64,000 bases of DNA from Octopus bimaculoides (GCF_001194135.2 NC_068997.1:56348776-56412775); one strand, 5' to 3'; counted from the stretch's first letter, positions 37,581 through 51,594 are shown. The notes: generated from the sequence alone by a model not told the origin. Program-made: numbers and translations.

Positions 37581-38559
37581 TATATATGTACGTACATGTG
37601 TGTGTGTGTGTGTGTATATCATCCCCATCGTGATCATTTTATGTCTGTTTTTATGATGGTAATGGTAAGCAGGTTTAACAGGAATCTAAGTGCAGTTTCT
37701 ACTGCGAAAGTATGGTTTGAACAGAAGATTTAGATGCTGTTTCTTGCAAGCCTGGTTCCCACATAGGAACTCCTTTACTTTCTTGGCACTAATATGGGTT
37801 TAATAGTCTAAACACTTAGCATATTATTTAGCAATAAATTTTCAAATATTTTATTCATTAGTAATTACAATTTAGAATTGAGAGATAATTAAAAATTAAA
37901 TAGAAGAGACCTGATGATTTCGTTGGAAGAAAGAATTGTTAGTGGTTCTGTTTGAGAGAAAGCAAGAAAATCAGTGATATAAGATATGCCAGGAACTCTA
38001 AGACACAAGGAATCAGACACATTTGGCAGAACTGATTTGTAGCATTAATGCACAAAAATTGAAATATTTTGCAATTTCATTTAATCTGCTCTAAAACCAA
38101 ACTCTTCGATAATCTGTTGAGCTTCAGAAAAGGAAAGCAGTTTTAAGAGGAACTGGTTTTCTTGTATGAAATTTAAATTATTTTAGACAGCTGTGAAAAT
38201 GGTGAATTTTAAAGGACTTGTAAAAGATAATGGGAAATATTTGTTGTATTTTCTTCCTTAGTATTGATTCCATCGAAGATGAAGTGGTTGTTTTCCTTTT
38301 TTTGGTTTTTTTATACCACTCATCATTTTGAAACAATTCAGAAATTTCAACAGAAATTTCTCCAACTCAGGTTTTAAAATTTTTGAAATTATGAAACTAT
38401 TTCAGAAATGGTTACTTCTTATGATTTGCTTAGGTTTTAAAGAGAAATTCTGAAAGAAAGTTTCTTTATAGTGAGAATTTTTAGCATCAACTATCTTCCC
38501 AGATAATATCAATTTTTCTCTTATTAGATTATTGTTGTTGTTAATTATTCTTAAGCAGG

Positions 38560-38880
38560 CCTGGCTCTCCATCAGTTACAACAGCAAATAATCCAGTTAA
38601 TTCAATCAACAGAACAGCCTGATCATGAAAATTGGCATACAAGGGCTGAGTACTCCACAGATATGCATACCCTTAACCTAGTTCTCAGGGAGATTCTGCA
38701 TGACACAAAATGTCACAAGGCTGCTCCCTTAAATTACAGGTACAACTCATTTTTGCCAGCTAAGAAGACTGAGGCAACAAGAAATAAAGTGTCTTGATCA
38801 AGGGCACAACACACCACAGGAAATTGAACTCACAACCTTGCAATTGTGGGCCAAATGCCCTAACCACTAAGCCATGTGCG
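38560..38880 (-). mobile_element. SINE family B
   Basis: CCATCAGTTACAAC...GGCTGAGTACTCCACAG...AATAAAGTGTCTTGATCAAGGGCACAAC...GGAAATTGAACTCAC...CTAACCACTAAGCC. Confidence 0.8.
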
Positions 38881-39695
38881 TAGGTACGTGAGTCTATGAT
38901 GAAGAACATTCCGTCCAGGACCATTATCTGATTATAGAGATGTTTTTCCCGCACATCTTAGATGTAGTAGGATATGATTTACAGCACATTTGGCTGCTAT
39001 TCCTAGCAGGTCAATTCTTAGGCATGTAAATGTTAGACAGAAGGGTTTTGTTCATTGTAATTTCAATTTTGCTCTTCTCACAGTCATAATTTTATTTTTA
39101 ATTTAATAAACCCTTCAAATTTAAGTACTTCAAAGCTGTAGGCAAATTCAAGTAATACCAGAACATTAAAACATTGCATTTATTTGTGTTTTTTTTTTTT
39201 AATTTGAAGTTGTATTTGGGGAGCAATGGAGTTATTGGCAATAAATTTTCAATCAGCCAAATGCTGATATTAACTTTGCTGGTCTATTGTTAGATTAGTA
39301 AAAGCTTTTCCATTCCAACGCTGGGGGTTGATATAACTGGCTCTCTTTCTCCTAACTCACATTGTAGGCCTTACCCTGGTGCAGCCTATTGGTTAGTCAG
39401 TCCTCACTCAAACCGGCCAACCCATGCCAGCATGGAAAGCAGACGTTAAACGATGTACCTGCTGACAGAAATGTTAGAACATCAGAAAAAAAATGACTTC
39501 AAGTATTTTCTTTTTTTTTTTTCTGGCTCTTTACATTCTGTGTTCAAATCACTACAAGGTCAATATTGCCTTTTATTCATCTGGGGGTCGATAAAATAAA
39601 CTACCTGTGAGGTACTGGGGTCACTGGTATTGGCTAACCTCTAATCCTTTATAACTAAATCAGAAAAAAAATTATTATTATTATTATTGTTATTA

Positions 39696-40230
39696 CTGAC
39701 TGAGAGAGCAGTGCATGTCATCAGAGTGACCCTAGGGTTCAAATATATGAAGCCCAATATACCCTTCGTGACTACCCATCCGATAAGGGTACACCAGGTA
39801 CATGCATCACAACCATATATGTGCGACATGGTGATCTCATATCAAGATAAACAGCACATGACCTCATAGGTGTGGCCCAATTAGATTTTTCTTCAGGTTG
39901 AGTTGCCCATCCCACTCAAAAGGTCCTTGAATAAGGGTTGTTGAACGAAACACCTATGTTTCCAAAGGTGAATTATTCAAACCCCAAAGAATTCCTCTCA
40001 ACACATGGCTATGATGCTCGTCATCTACTTCTACTCATGATCAGAGATGCACATATCGTCAGCCACTAAGGAACATGCTCAACTGGTTAAGGTCAAAGAA
40101 CTGACAAGCAAATCTGTGGTATTGAGCAGAATATTTGCTGTAGCCCATCTTTTCAACCAAGACAAAACAATGTACATGAGTACACTTCAAATCAGTTAAG
40201 ATGAGAAGCCATGAGAGCCAGTGCCTGGTT
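39696..40230 (-). mobile_element. ~535-bp non-coding interspersed element embedded in (TTA)n
   Basis: Higher-GC block bounded on both sides by (TTA)n tracts. I recall it as a multi-copy octopus repeat, but only one copy is in this window, so family and strand are inferred. Confidence 0.4.
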
Positions 40231-40231
40231 A

Positions 40232-40266
<35 letters not shown>

Positions 40267-41339
40267 TGATTTAATTTTATCCGATAGTGATATGCCTTGA
40301 AGATATTACATGAGTATGACTTGAATGGTCTTGGAGCTAAAAAGAGTCAAGGAATTAATGAAATTTTCCCTTCTTTAGAAAGTAACTACAATTCAGATCT
40401 GAAGACTCCTCTGTAATTATTAGAAAAGAATGTTTTCTCCAAAGCAATTCCTAAAAAGTAGTTTCAAGGAATATGATATTTGGTTTAAATGAGGTTTTTG
40501 AGAAAATAATGAAAATAAGTTCAACAAACAGCGAATGATAGCTAATTACAAGATCCCACTTGTAATTAAACGTAATGATTTAAGTTAAAATTAATTGCTG
40601 TGAGAAATAAAAAGAAAAAAGAAAAATTAAAAATGAATTTATTTTTCATTCACTTGAATTTTTTTTTTTTGCTTTTTTTAAAAAGTTCTTGAAAATATTC
40701 ATTTTCAGAATGTTTTAAATGATTCAGAAAAAAAAAAAAAAATCAAAAATTTATGCTAAAGGCAATAATTTGTTGATTTTTGTATTTTAGTTGAATCTTT
40801 TTTCCTATTTCGTATTTTATTTTATTCCATGCTAATAAAATTTTGTGGACTTAGAGAAATTTTGATATTTGCTGTAATTGGTGGACAAAGTATTTATATT
40901 TTATTTAGTTTAGTTTTTCCAGTCAAATGTTTGTTTTCTAACAATATTCTGTGAAGTGGTAGTAAGAGGGATATTTCAATGAAACAGATTGGAGCGACTG
41001 AAAAGTGATGCAAGCCATAGAAAGCGATCAGTAGGAGGTGCCAGATGTAAACCATTGGAGCCCTAATCTCTCCCCTCCTCATCAAATATTGGACATCCAA
41101 CCCTTTTCTCCATATACTATATCTTATCCTTCTTCTAGGGAAGGCAAAAATTGGAGAGAGAATATGTCTTTCCTGTAAATGTTGACTTACAGCAGCATAA
41201 ATAGAATATTATTAATAACATCAAGCTGACCAGTGTCAAGCTGACCAGAGGGCATGCAATGTCCTGGTTCAGCAACTAAAATATCAATCAACAAAGCAAT
41301 GAAATATTTATGGTTCCCTTATGGAGGAGCCGGTCAATT

Positions 41340-41490
41340 TCATCAACCCTAGAACATTGCTGGTACTTAGGTTATCATTCCTGAAAGGATGAAAAACAAA
41401 GTTGACCTCAGTGGAATTTGAACTCAGAATGTAAAAACGGATAAAATGCAGCTAAGCCTTTTGTCTGACTCTGCCAGTTCCCTGCCTTAC
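41340..41490 (-). mobile_element. SINE family C
   Basis: CTGGTACTTA...GAAAGGATGAAAAACAAAGTTGACCTCAGTGGAATTTGAACTCAGAA...CTGCCAGTTC. Confidence 0.7.
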
Positions 41491-42310
41491 ACATGCCATT
41501 TACTAGCATGATTCTATTAACATTGGGTCAGCAAACATTTTTTATAAACTCTGTTATCATTTTTCAATCAGAAAAAAAAAAATCATTCGAAAATTTATTT
41601 TAAATTTATTTCTTAAAATTTTTATTAGGTTATTTCAACATGAAAAGGAATTTCAAAAATCTCTGAATGAAATTCTATTCTTTGTTTCTGAGAGTCATGT
41701 CGGAACCATATGACATATTTATGTCTCTGGCATTAATCCACCATCATTCATAGAATACTGTGAATGTGGTGCACAGACTTCAATCATTCATTTCTTAAGG
41801 ACCAAAGCTCTAGCTACACACTTCCTCCACCCCCAACCTTCACGGTCTTCTCAACACTCCCTTCTCCATCAATTAGTTCCATGATAAAACTACTTCTAAT
41901 ATTCTCTGTGAAATTGCTTCTGAAATTTTTTACCCTGTAACAGTGAATGAAAATTATAAGAAATGATGCCAAGGAAATAATGGTCACAAAATATAAAATT
42001 CATTTGCCTGAAGCTATTTGGAAACTTACGTCCGCTGAAGACATCAAAAAACCAAATTAGAAACCATTTCTCTTTAACACATCCAAACAGTATTTTCTGA
42101 GCGAAAGTAATTTTGCCTTTTCTTCCAAGCACAACTGACCATTATACTGGCATTATTTTGGGTATTAACTGTCTACGAGAAGAAGCATATTGGAAATGGT
42201 ACATCATTATCATGAACAAATAAACATGCAACCAAGAACATAGACACACAGATACATACAAACATATAGACACAGACAGATGCACACATTTTATTGATAT
42301 TTATACACAC

Positions 42311-42352
<42 letters not shown>

Positions 42353-42712
42353 GTGTGTAAAGAGGTAAGGGTAGAGTGATTGAGAGGTGGACAGAACAAA
42401 AGAACAAAGCTATTACAAACAGAAATGCTGACACACCTATTTATACATAGGCAGACACACACACACACACACATGTGTACATACACTGATGCCAACTAAA
42501 AGGTTGCCAAAGTGTGTGTATGAGAAAGCTGGTCATTGATGTACATTTGGTAAGAGTGGTGCAATCCATGTACAGAATACTGGCCATGAGTTCAATGAGG
42601 AATTCATGGGGCAAATCGGCATCTACTGAGGCTTCCCAATTTATTATACTTCTTTAGGTTGTAGGAGATGAGTTTAAAACAGGTGAGCTCAGCAGCTCCT
42701 CAATATGTCTCC

Positions 42713-42985
42713 CTTCCCAAGAAACCGTTTTACAGTGAAGTGGCAGAAGGTAAGCACGTGCAAGGTGAATAGGAAAAAAATGCTCCAGGAACCACACTCC
42801 AATCTTCACTGAAGAGCTTTGAGATCAACCATGCCAACTGGGAAACGCAAGCACAAGACTTCCCTACCTGGTGAAGATGCACCAACAGTGGTGCCACCAC
42901 CTCCTGCAAATGAACAATATTGCAGGGACCACAAAAGAAAATGTGAACGAAGCAAGTCCAGAGACAACTCCCTGACTTCAGGCCC
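42713..42985 (+). pseudogene. Decayed BovB-like RTE LINE ORF C-terminal fragment
   Basis: LPKKPFYSEVAEGKHVQGE*EKNAPGTTLQSSLKSFEINHANWETQAQDFPTW*RCTNSGATT...EQ...RK, matching the BovB-type LPKxLFYGEL..GKR..GGQKKRFKDTLKxSLKxF.I....WE..AQDR..WR pattern. Two stops and one frameshift. Confidence 0.75.
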
Positions 42986-43019
42986 CACACAGTGCCAGAG
43001 CCCATAAAGAAGTATTCAT

Positions 43020-43180
43020 GCTGGGGCCACATAGAAAGCACCCAGTGCACTCTGTAAAGTGGTTGGCATCAGGAAGAGCATCCAGCTGCACAGACCTTAC
43101 CAAAACGGATAATTGGGGTTTAGTGCAGCCCCTGCCAAGCCATCCACTGCATGCCAGCGAAGAAAGTCGACATTGATGAT
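43020..43180 (+). mobile_element. RTE 3'UTR-derived short copy
   Basis: AAAGCACCCAG...GGTTGGCATCAGGAAGAGCATCCAGCTG...CATGCCAGC...GACATT(GAT)n. Confidence 0.6.
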
Positions 43181-43381
43181 GATGATGGTGATTATGAGGA
43201 TGATGGTAATTATGAGGATGATGGTGATTATGAGGATGATGGTGATTATGATGATGATAATTATGAGGATGATGATTATGATGATGATGATAATTATGAG
43301 GATGATGATTATGATGATGATGGTAATTATGAGGATGATGATTATGATTATGATGATGATGGTGATTATGAGGATGATGAT
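43175..43381. repeat. GAT-derived 15-18-bp minisatellite (GATGATGGTGATTATGAG)n
   Basis: 18-bp units at 43181, 43199, 43217 and 43235, then shorter variants to 43381. Confidence 0.9.
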
Positions 43382-43736
43382 ATATATACATGTGCATGTG
43401 AATGTCTGTATACATGTTTATATATATACATTCAAGCATACACATATACATATACTTATACACACATACTTACATACACACAGACACACACACCAGCATA
43501 AGTGTATACTGTGTCAGCAAAGACTACCACACACCTAATAATACCACACATGCAACACTTCCAAGCACACATACTCAAATACATAGATATAAACACATAC
43601 ACACACACACACACACAAAGACACACACGCACGCGCACACACACACTAAGTGAATTCTGTTGTATTTTATGGATCTTTGCCTTTCATTATATCAGTGAAA
43701 TATTGTCTAAATGTACACACGCTTTGTGTGCACGTG

Positions 43737-43859
43737 TGTGTGTGGATGGTGTGTGTGTGTGGACGGTGTGTGTGTGTGGATGGTGTGTGTGTGTGGATGG
43801 TGTGTGTGTGTAGATGGTGTGTGTGTGTGTGGATGGTGTGTGTGTGTGGACGGTGTGTG
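43737..43859. repeat. (GTGTGTGTGTGGATG)-type minisatellite running into an assembly gap
   Basis: ~15-17-bp units of (GT)n plus GGAT/GGAC, followed by N from 43860. Confidence 0.85.
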
Positions 43860-44358
43860 NNNNNNNNNNNNNNNNNNNNNNNNNNNNNNNNNNNNNNNNN
43901 NNNNNNNNNNNNNNNNNNNNNNNNNNNNNNNNNNNNNNNNNNNNNNNNNNNNNNNNNNNNNNNNNNNNNNNNNNNNNNNNNNNNNNNNNNNNNNNNNNNN
44001 NNNNNNNNNNNNNNNNNNNNNNNNNNNNNNNNNNNNNNNNNNNNNNNNNNNNNNNNNNNNNNNNNNNNNNNNNNNNNNNNNNNNNNNNNNNNNNNNNNNN
44101 NNNNNNNNNNNNNNNNNNNNNNNNNNNNNNNNNNNNNNNNNNNNNNNNNNNNNNNNNNNNNNNNNNNNNNNNNNNNNNNNNNNNNNNNNNNNNNNNNNNN
44201 NNNNNNNNNNNNNNNNNNNNNNNNNNNNNNNNNNNNNNNNNNNNNNNNNNNNNNNNNNNNNNNNNNNNNNNNNNNNNNNNNNNNNNNNNNNNNNNNNNNN
44301 NNNNNNNNNNNNNNNNNNNNNNNNNNNNNNNNNNNNNNNNNNNNNNNNNNNNNNNNNN
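43860..44358. other. Assembly gap (N)
   Basis: N run after a GT minisatellite. Confidence 0.99.
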
Positions 44359-45171
44359 CGTGGTCTTTTCGTAGGTTTTTCTTTCCACGGATAACCTCCC
44401 CATTTATTGGGAATTTTCTGTATTATTTCGTATTTTGTGTAAATACTCCAAACGTTTTGCGATGTATTTTTTTTCATCGTTGTCCCCACTTTTGTTTTTT
44501 TCTGCTTTGTTTTCGCCCCCCTCGAAAAGAAAAACTCTACATTTGTATTTTGTCCCCTCTATGTTGAGCCCTGTGTGGCTAATAAAGAAACATATCTATC
44601 TATCTGTCTGTCTATCTATCTATCTATCTCTCTATCTATCTCTCTATCTATCTGCACTATCTATCTATCTATCTATTTATCTATGTCTCAGTCTGAGAGA
44701 CAATCTTTCTCTCTCCCTCCCTTACTTTCTTTCTCTTTAAATCTCTCTCACTCTCTCTCTCTCTTTAAATAATATGTATTATATATACACATGCGTGCAC
44801 ACACACACACACACACACACACACTTACACATACATGCATATACACATGCATGTATATAGATGTATACATATATAAATATAGATACTCTGCTTTTCATTC
44901 TTTTGGAGTCAATAAAATAAGTACCAGCTGTGCATTGGGGTCCAATGTCATCAATTTAACTACTGTATAAACAAAGGCAAAGGACTGCACTCTTCTGTCA
45001 ACCCATGTTGAGTGAGTGTGACAGAGAAGGTTCATCAAAACAGTAGGATCCCAGGATCAAATTCACGAACTCCACATCAGACAAGAGAACATGCTGGGGC
45101 TTTTATCCTGCTGGCGGCTGAACATAGGCAATCCAATACACCTACATATATATATATATATATATATATAT

Positions 45172-45692
<521 letters not shown>

Positions 45693-46791
45693 GTGTGAAA
45701 GTCCTTTGTTATAATCACAGATAATGTTATCAAACAGTTATTGTTATCAAAATGTTTGAGTAAACCGCTTTGCAACCACTCAAGAAAACTGTGATATCAG
45801 TGGAAGAAGTGGGTGATGGTCGGGTAGACAGCAGCAGTGGTGCTGCTGGAAGAAATGGAGTTCCAGCCATGACCATCCTACTGCTTTGTTTATCAGGATC
45901 TACAAGGTCCACACTATTCTTGCTTCCCTTTTTCAAGAATTTGGAATGTGGACAGAAGGGTGTCTGATACAACATGAGAAATCCCTGAAGCAGTGGATGG
46001 AACCAGAAATAAACACTTGACATCTGTTGGGCTTTTGGAAATTGTCCCCATTCTGGGGACAACTGAAACGACAGGTAGAAATTGACCCCTTATTTAGATA
46101 AACCAAACATAAAAGAAAAGAGAAAAAATGCTTTATGATTCTTCAGCAACCACCACAGCGACAACACCACCACCACCACCACTACCACAAACAACACCAC
46201 CAACCCCCACAACCACAAACCACCACCAACAACAACCACCACCACCACCACCACCACCACATCCACCACCACCATTACCACCATCATCATCAACACCAAC
46301 AACAACCACCACCACCAACCGCTTTTACTTTGTTCAATGAAATTACAGAACTTTGCCATTTATCGCTTCAGGATTTATAAAAAAGCAATACCAGTCATCC
46401 TGGGGGGTCGATATAATCAACCAGCTCCTCTGCATGATATTCCTGGCTTTCTGCCCAAACTCAAAGCAATTATACATTTTTGCAAGAGTTTGAAGACATT
46501 TTCTGTTTTTCAAAAAATTAGTTTAATTATGGTGAATGACTTGCAAATGGCTTCACTGAATCATTTATTGCTGTTGTTAGTGTTGTTGTTGTTGCTATAT
46601 TTATCTGCATCATCAAACCTATTTATAGTATTAAAACTGAATGACTTACATTTCCCGTTTTCAGTCTCTCTCTGGATGCAGATATCCACATTGATTTGCA
46701 ATGGAAATATATTCTCCATACTCCCATGCATAAGTTTCTTTAAAACCTACATACATGCATATATACATACATGCATATATACATATATATG

Positions 46792-46841
<50 letters not shown>

Positions 46842-47104
46842 ATTAGAAAAATAGATGACACAGAGAAAACAATGGTGATGCTATGAACTTCATAACACCA
46901 AGTTATTAGTCATGCAATGCCTAAGCAAATAAATATTTATATATTTAAGTATATATGTATATATATATGTATATATATATATATATATATAATCTGCATT
47001 GGCCATTGTCCAAGCTGGCATGGGTTGGATGGTTTGACCAGGGCTGGCCAGGTGGAAGGCTGCACCAACTCCAGTCTGAGAGAGAGAGAGAGACAGACAG
47101 ACAG

Positions 47105-47147
<43 letters not shown>

Positions 47148-49546
47148 TAGATATGTGAGGAAGAAACAATAGATTTTCCTTTGCCTAACCATATAAATCA
47201 ACTTTCAGAAATTAATCCTAGCAATAATTTCACCTTTTCTTTGAAATTTGCAAATAATCACCAGTAGGTGTTTGTTTTCTTTCTTCAACTAAGAGGTGAA
47301 TTTCAATTAATTGAATATATTTTATGCACAACCTTCAATAGATCACTCTTGAACAAAATATTCGTTAATGACTTACATTATTTTTAATTTTCTGGCAATT
47401 ATGGGAGACAACTTCAAACAATTTCCAGTCTGATTCTGACCTCATTAGCAATGCCTAACTTTTTCACTCTGCTCATTGCTTTAGCAAGAAATGTCAAAGC
47501 TTATACACTTATTTGACGAATACAAACTATCTCCACCACATCCTTATCTCAGCTTTTCAATAACACATACATTAAATAAGTCAACACAAGTCACCACTTC
47601 TTTCTTTTGGTAAAATAATTTATTCTTCTTAACGAACTTGTTGTCCTCACTAATTGCCTACACAGACCATCACCAGTTTCCTCATATTCTACTGTTTATT
47701 AGGTTAACACTAACTTATCTATTGATTTTTTGTGTGAATGGTGATTCTGAAGAATTTTATCTTTTCTACAAGAGTGTTAATGTAGTAGACTCTCTCATGA
47801 TCTCAATTGTTATTGTTGCTGTTGTTATCGTCATCGCTTCTGTTACTGATGATCTCATTGAAATCTCACAAGCGACTGGTCAAAGGGACAATTCCTGTTA
47901 TTCACTAATTACATGATCAAAGTGCTTCCATTAGTGACTCTCACTTCTTTTTCTATATACATGACAATGTACTGATTGTCTCGTGCTGTTGTGAAGATAT
48001 ACAATGAGTGATTTAAGGAGATTTAACTACTATTTCTAGCAGGGCAAGTGAACATGAGAGGCTCTTTTTCCTCCAATTGATTGTTATTGTTGTTGCTTGA
48101 CTCTCACCAAACAGTTCGGTAATCAGAGACAATCCAACTGTAACCATCCAGTCTTTTTCTCCAATCTGTCCTTTTCAGGAAGAAAATGCTTTTGATTGTG
48201 GTTTGAAGGCACATAAATAAAATTGTTCCTACCTCGACTTGCAATCAGGTACCACCAGCAGATTAATCATTTCTTCCCCCATGTTGTCGCGGTCTCTCTA
48301 TCTCCATGACTGGTGTCTGTCACAGTTAGCATCCCAAAGAAAAACAAAATGCAGGGAAAAACTCTTCTTCTCACTCCCCAAATTGCCATCACCTCTCATC
48401 GCTTTCAGTTTTCATTCCACCACATGCCAATCTAAAGATCACTGCTCCCTTGTTCCATCTCATAATCATCCATCCACCTGGTAGGGTGACGTTCCCTTAG
48501 AGAACTCCATAGGGTCTCGGGGCTGCCATCCCCCATCCCCTTCATCACTGAACTTAAAGGATGTGTGTGTGTGTGTGTGTGTGTGTGGCACCAACATTGG
48601 TTGGGTAGCTTTGTATCTTGTGGTAAGTGAAAAGATAGAAGTTAAATTACAATGGAATAATTAGATTTATTGTTTTGAAAGGAATAGTTGGGGATAGGGG
48701 AATGGAGGAAACATGGATAATGGTGGAAATAAGGGGATGATGTAGAGTAACGTCGGATTATTGTGAACAATGGGGTATGAGCGATGGGGTTGGTCAGTTC
48801 AGGAGGGAATCAAATAGAAACAATCCTTTGCCCTCCTTCATTCTTAAAATTCCAACCAGCCGCTTGTCCACAACAAAAAACATCTCGTTTTAAAGTATTC
48901 ATATTTAACTCTCGTACAACCATCAAATTTTATGTAATCGCAACTTGCTATGTCTGAAACATTAGTTTAATGAAGGAAAAGTTAGTAAGATCGTTAGTGT
49001 AAAGTTTTGGTTTTTAAAATGTCTGCCTTTCATAGATAGTCATCTGTGAAAGTTTACAAATAGACTAGATATGTTTTATCATATTTTGGAACTACTTTAA
49101 ATAACCTAATATTATATAATATACACAATTGTTTAAAAAACAATCCAATATGGTAGAGCGTCAACATGGCTACAGCCAGATGGCTGATACAAGTAAAATA
49201 ATATTATTATTAAAGCAATAAGAAACAAAAAAAAAAGAAAAAAGACATGATAAAAATCTTAACATCACTGTCAAGCATGACAATTCATTTCTGTTTCAGA
49301 CATATTTTTAGTTCCAAGTTTTTGTTTCAATCTATTAATGCTGAAGAGGAATGTGGCGAAACTCTTCTAATATTTCCTACAGCAATATGTAAAAATATAA
49401 ATTTGCATAATTCATTCACCAAACACAGAAGCATGGAAAAAATATTAATAACAACTACAACAGCAACAGCTACAATACATGCTTAACAGTTAAGAGTTTT
49501 CCATATTATCAGGCTTCCATATTAAAAGGTTTCCATAATAGGTTTC

Positions 49547-49599
<53 letters not shown>

Positions 49600-50005
49600 A
49601 CTGCATGTATGTATGTATGTATGTCTATAGCTTGTATATTAAGTAAGAAACACTGCATCAGTGTACAGTGGTTGCTGACTGAACATGCTGCCTAAATATT
49701 TCTGATACTGATGTAATAATCATTGTTCTTATACCAATATCATATCAGCTAAATTCCCTTGCATATCAATACACATCAGAAAAACAGATATCATCTTTCT
49801 GATAATCAAAAACGCATTCCTTTGACCCCCTTCACATCTCTGCTGCCTGCCCCCTTCTTTTCTTTGGATGCTACTTCAAACGCCAATACTCTTTCCTCCC
49901 CAACATCTATACTTTACAGCCTAAAATTTATTTTCTGATCTCATTTTTCTCCTTCCTTCTCTCACTCTGTCTCTCTAATTATCTATCTATTCATCCCTCC
50001 CCCCC

Positions 50006-50039
<34 letters not shown>

Positions 50040-50153
50040 CACTGTATGCATATTTGTATCTATCTAAAAATACTTCTATAAGTACATGATTTTTGTTTTT
50101 TGCCTTTTATGTTTGCACTTGGAAGAAGTTTTCATGGGAATGTTCCACCAATA

Positions 50154-50372
50154 TTCATCTCTACTCTAGGCACAAGACCCGAAATTTTTGGAGAGGGGTC
50201 CAGTCGGTTAGATCAACCCCAGTATGCAACTGGTACTTAATTTATTGACTCCCAAAAGGACGAACGGCAAAGTTGACCTCAGTGGAATTTGAACTCAGAA
50301 CATAAAGACAGACAAAATACTGCTAAGCATTTTGCCTTAATGTGCTAATGTTTCTGCCAGCTCGCTGCCTTT
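50154..50372 (-). mobile_element. Full-length SINE family C with 14-bp target-site duplication
   Basis: ATGTTCCACCAATA at both 50140-50153 and 50373-50386. Body has a B-box-like GAGTTCAAATTCC and a central GTCAATAAATTAAGTACCAG motif (MESC/Meta-like domain by recollection). Confidence 0.9.
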
Positions 50373-51594
50373 ATGTTCCACCAATACTGCTTGGCACAAA
50401 CAGCACAATTGACCCCAGACGCCCACATTCTTTCTTATTTCTTTGGATATAAATATTCATTTTACTAAATACAATTTACTTTCAAATATGTGACATTTAA
50501 ACAAACTATGAGGTTATATTCAATATAAATAGTTCAAAGAGTGGAATATATTTCATATTTAAACTATTTGGATGACATTTTACTGACAGAGGACTTTACT
50601 AATTTCTCTGGTTTCTTCTGCTTTCCCATATTTAATGTAACTGTGGCTGTCTCGCCTGAAGAATGAACTGCAAGTGAACAGAAATTCAAGTCTGTGATGT
50701 CACCATCAGCATTTAGTATGTTGATAAAAGTCACGCAAAGAAATAGTTGAGGTGTGAAGTTGATGGTGGTGGTGGGGTCTTATTTTTGGAGTTAGGTACA
50801 GAAATAGTTGGGGGTGGGGGTGATGGGAGGTGCCATTATGGCACTGTGTCATAAAGCTCTATCAGCTTTAATCTGCTCCTCGAAACTAAAGTCATTAATT
50901 CACAAATGTCAGGTTTCTTTGTCTCTGAGGCTTATTTATCACTAATACAACAATCTCATTTTCTCAACAATAGAATTCCATATCTTTCTATTCAATCAAA
51001 CAGACTCCAATGTGGCTGGTGTTGGTCTTTATTGGAAAGACTTTTAAAGTAAAATTTGTGGTGGAAAATTCAACAATTCAGATGCAGTCCTTCTTCAAGG
51101 GAAAAGTTCAAAGGAGATAAATTAATGGGAGACAGCAGAATTTTGCACCCTCAAAGTAAAAAAAAAAAACTGGCTGCAAGTGAGATATGGAATGCAGGAC
51201 CGAGCAAGCTTCATGAGGAAAACAGTTTAAGAAGGAAGAAAGAAAGAGTAATGGAATGAAGAGATGAAAGTGAGATGAAAGGAAAAGATGAGGTGAGAAG
51301 TTGAATCATAAAAAAAGGGGTTAAGGAATTAAAAGGAGAGGTAGGAGTAGGAGTACAGACATAGAAACATTCATTTAAACCTGTTGGTGACATGGTAGAG
51401 AATTCAAAAACGAAACATTGTGACCTTCGTTTCCTTGAGAATGCAGAATTGCTGCACACTGGCCTGTAGTGTTGAAGTTGATGTAAACGGTTTGGTCAAA
51501 TTTACATAGTAGTATGCTCCGAATTCACTGCTGAATGCGTATATGTACATACCTACATCTATATGTATATATGTATATATATATATATATATAT

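Noticed and set aside
37905-37950. CTGATGA...GAAA spacing like a hammerhead
   Set aside because: No stem I or stem III complementarity and only a marginal stem II.
42030-42096. Possible 67-nt minus-strand exon ending at a GTAAGT donor
   Set aside because: Splice-like signals alone are common in 64 kb, the peptide is unrecognised, and no partner exons were found.
43151-43501. Acidic (DDGDYE)n ORF resembling a biomineralisation protein
   Set aside because: The ATG lies inside the RTE 3'UTR terminal motif and the ORF runs into CA/TA repeats. It is explained by tail-repeat expansion.
44359-44560. CpG-enriched odd sequence right after the large gap
   Set aside because: It looks like low-quality contig-end sequence grading into a SINE tail.
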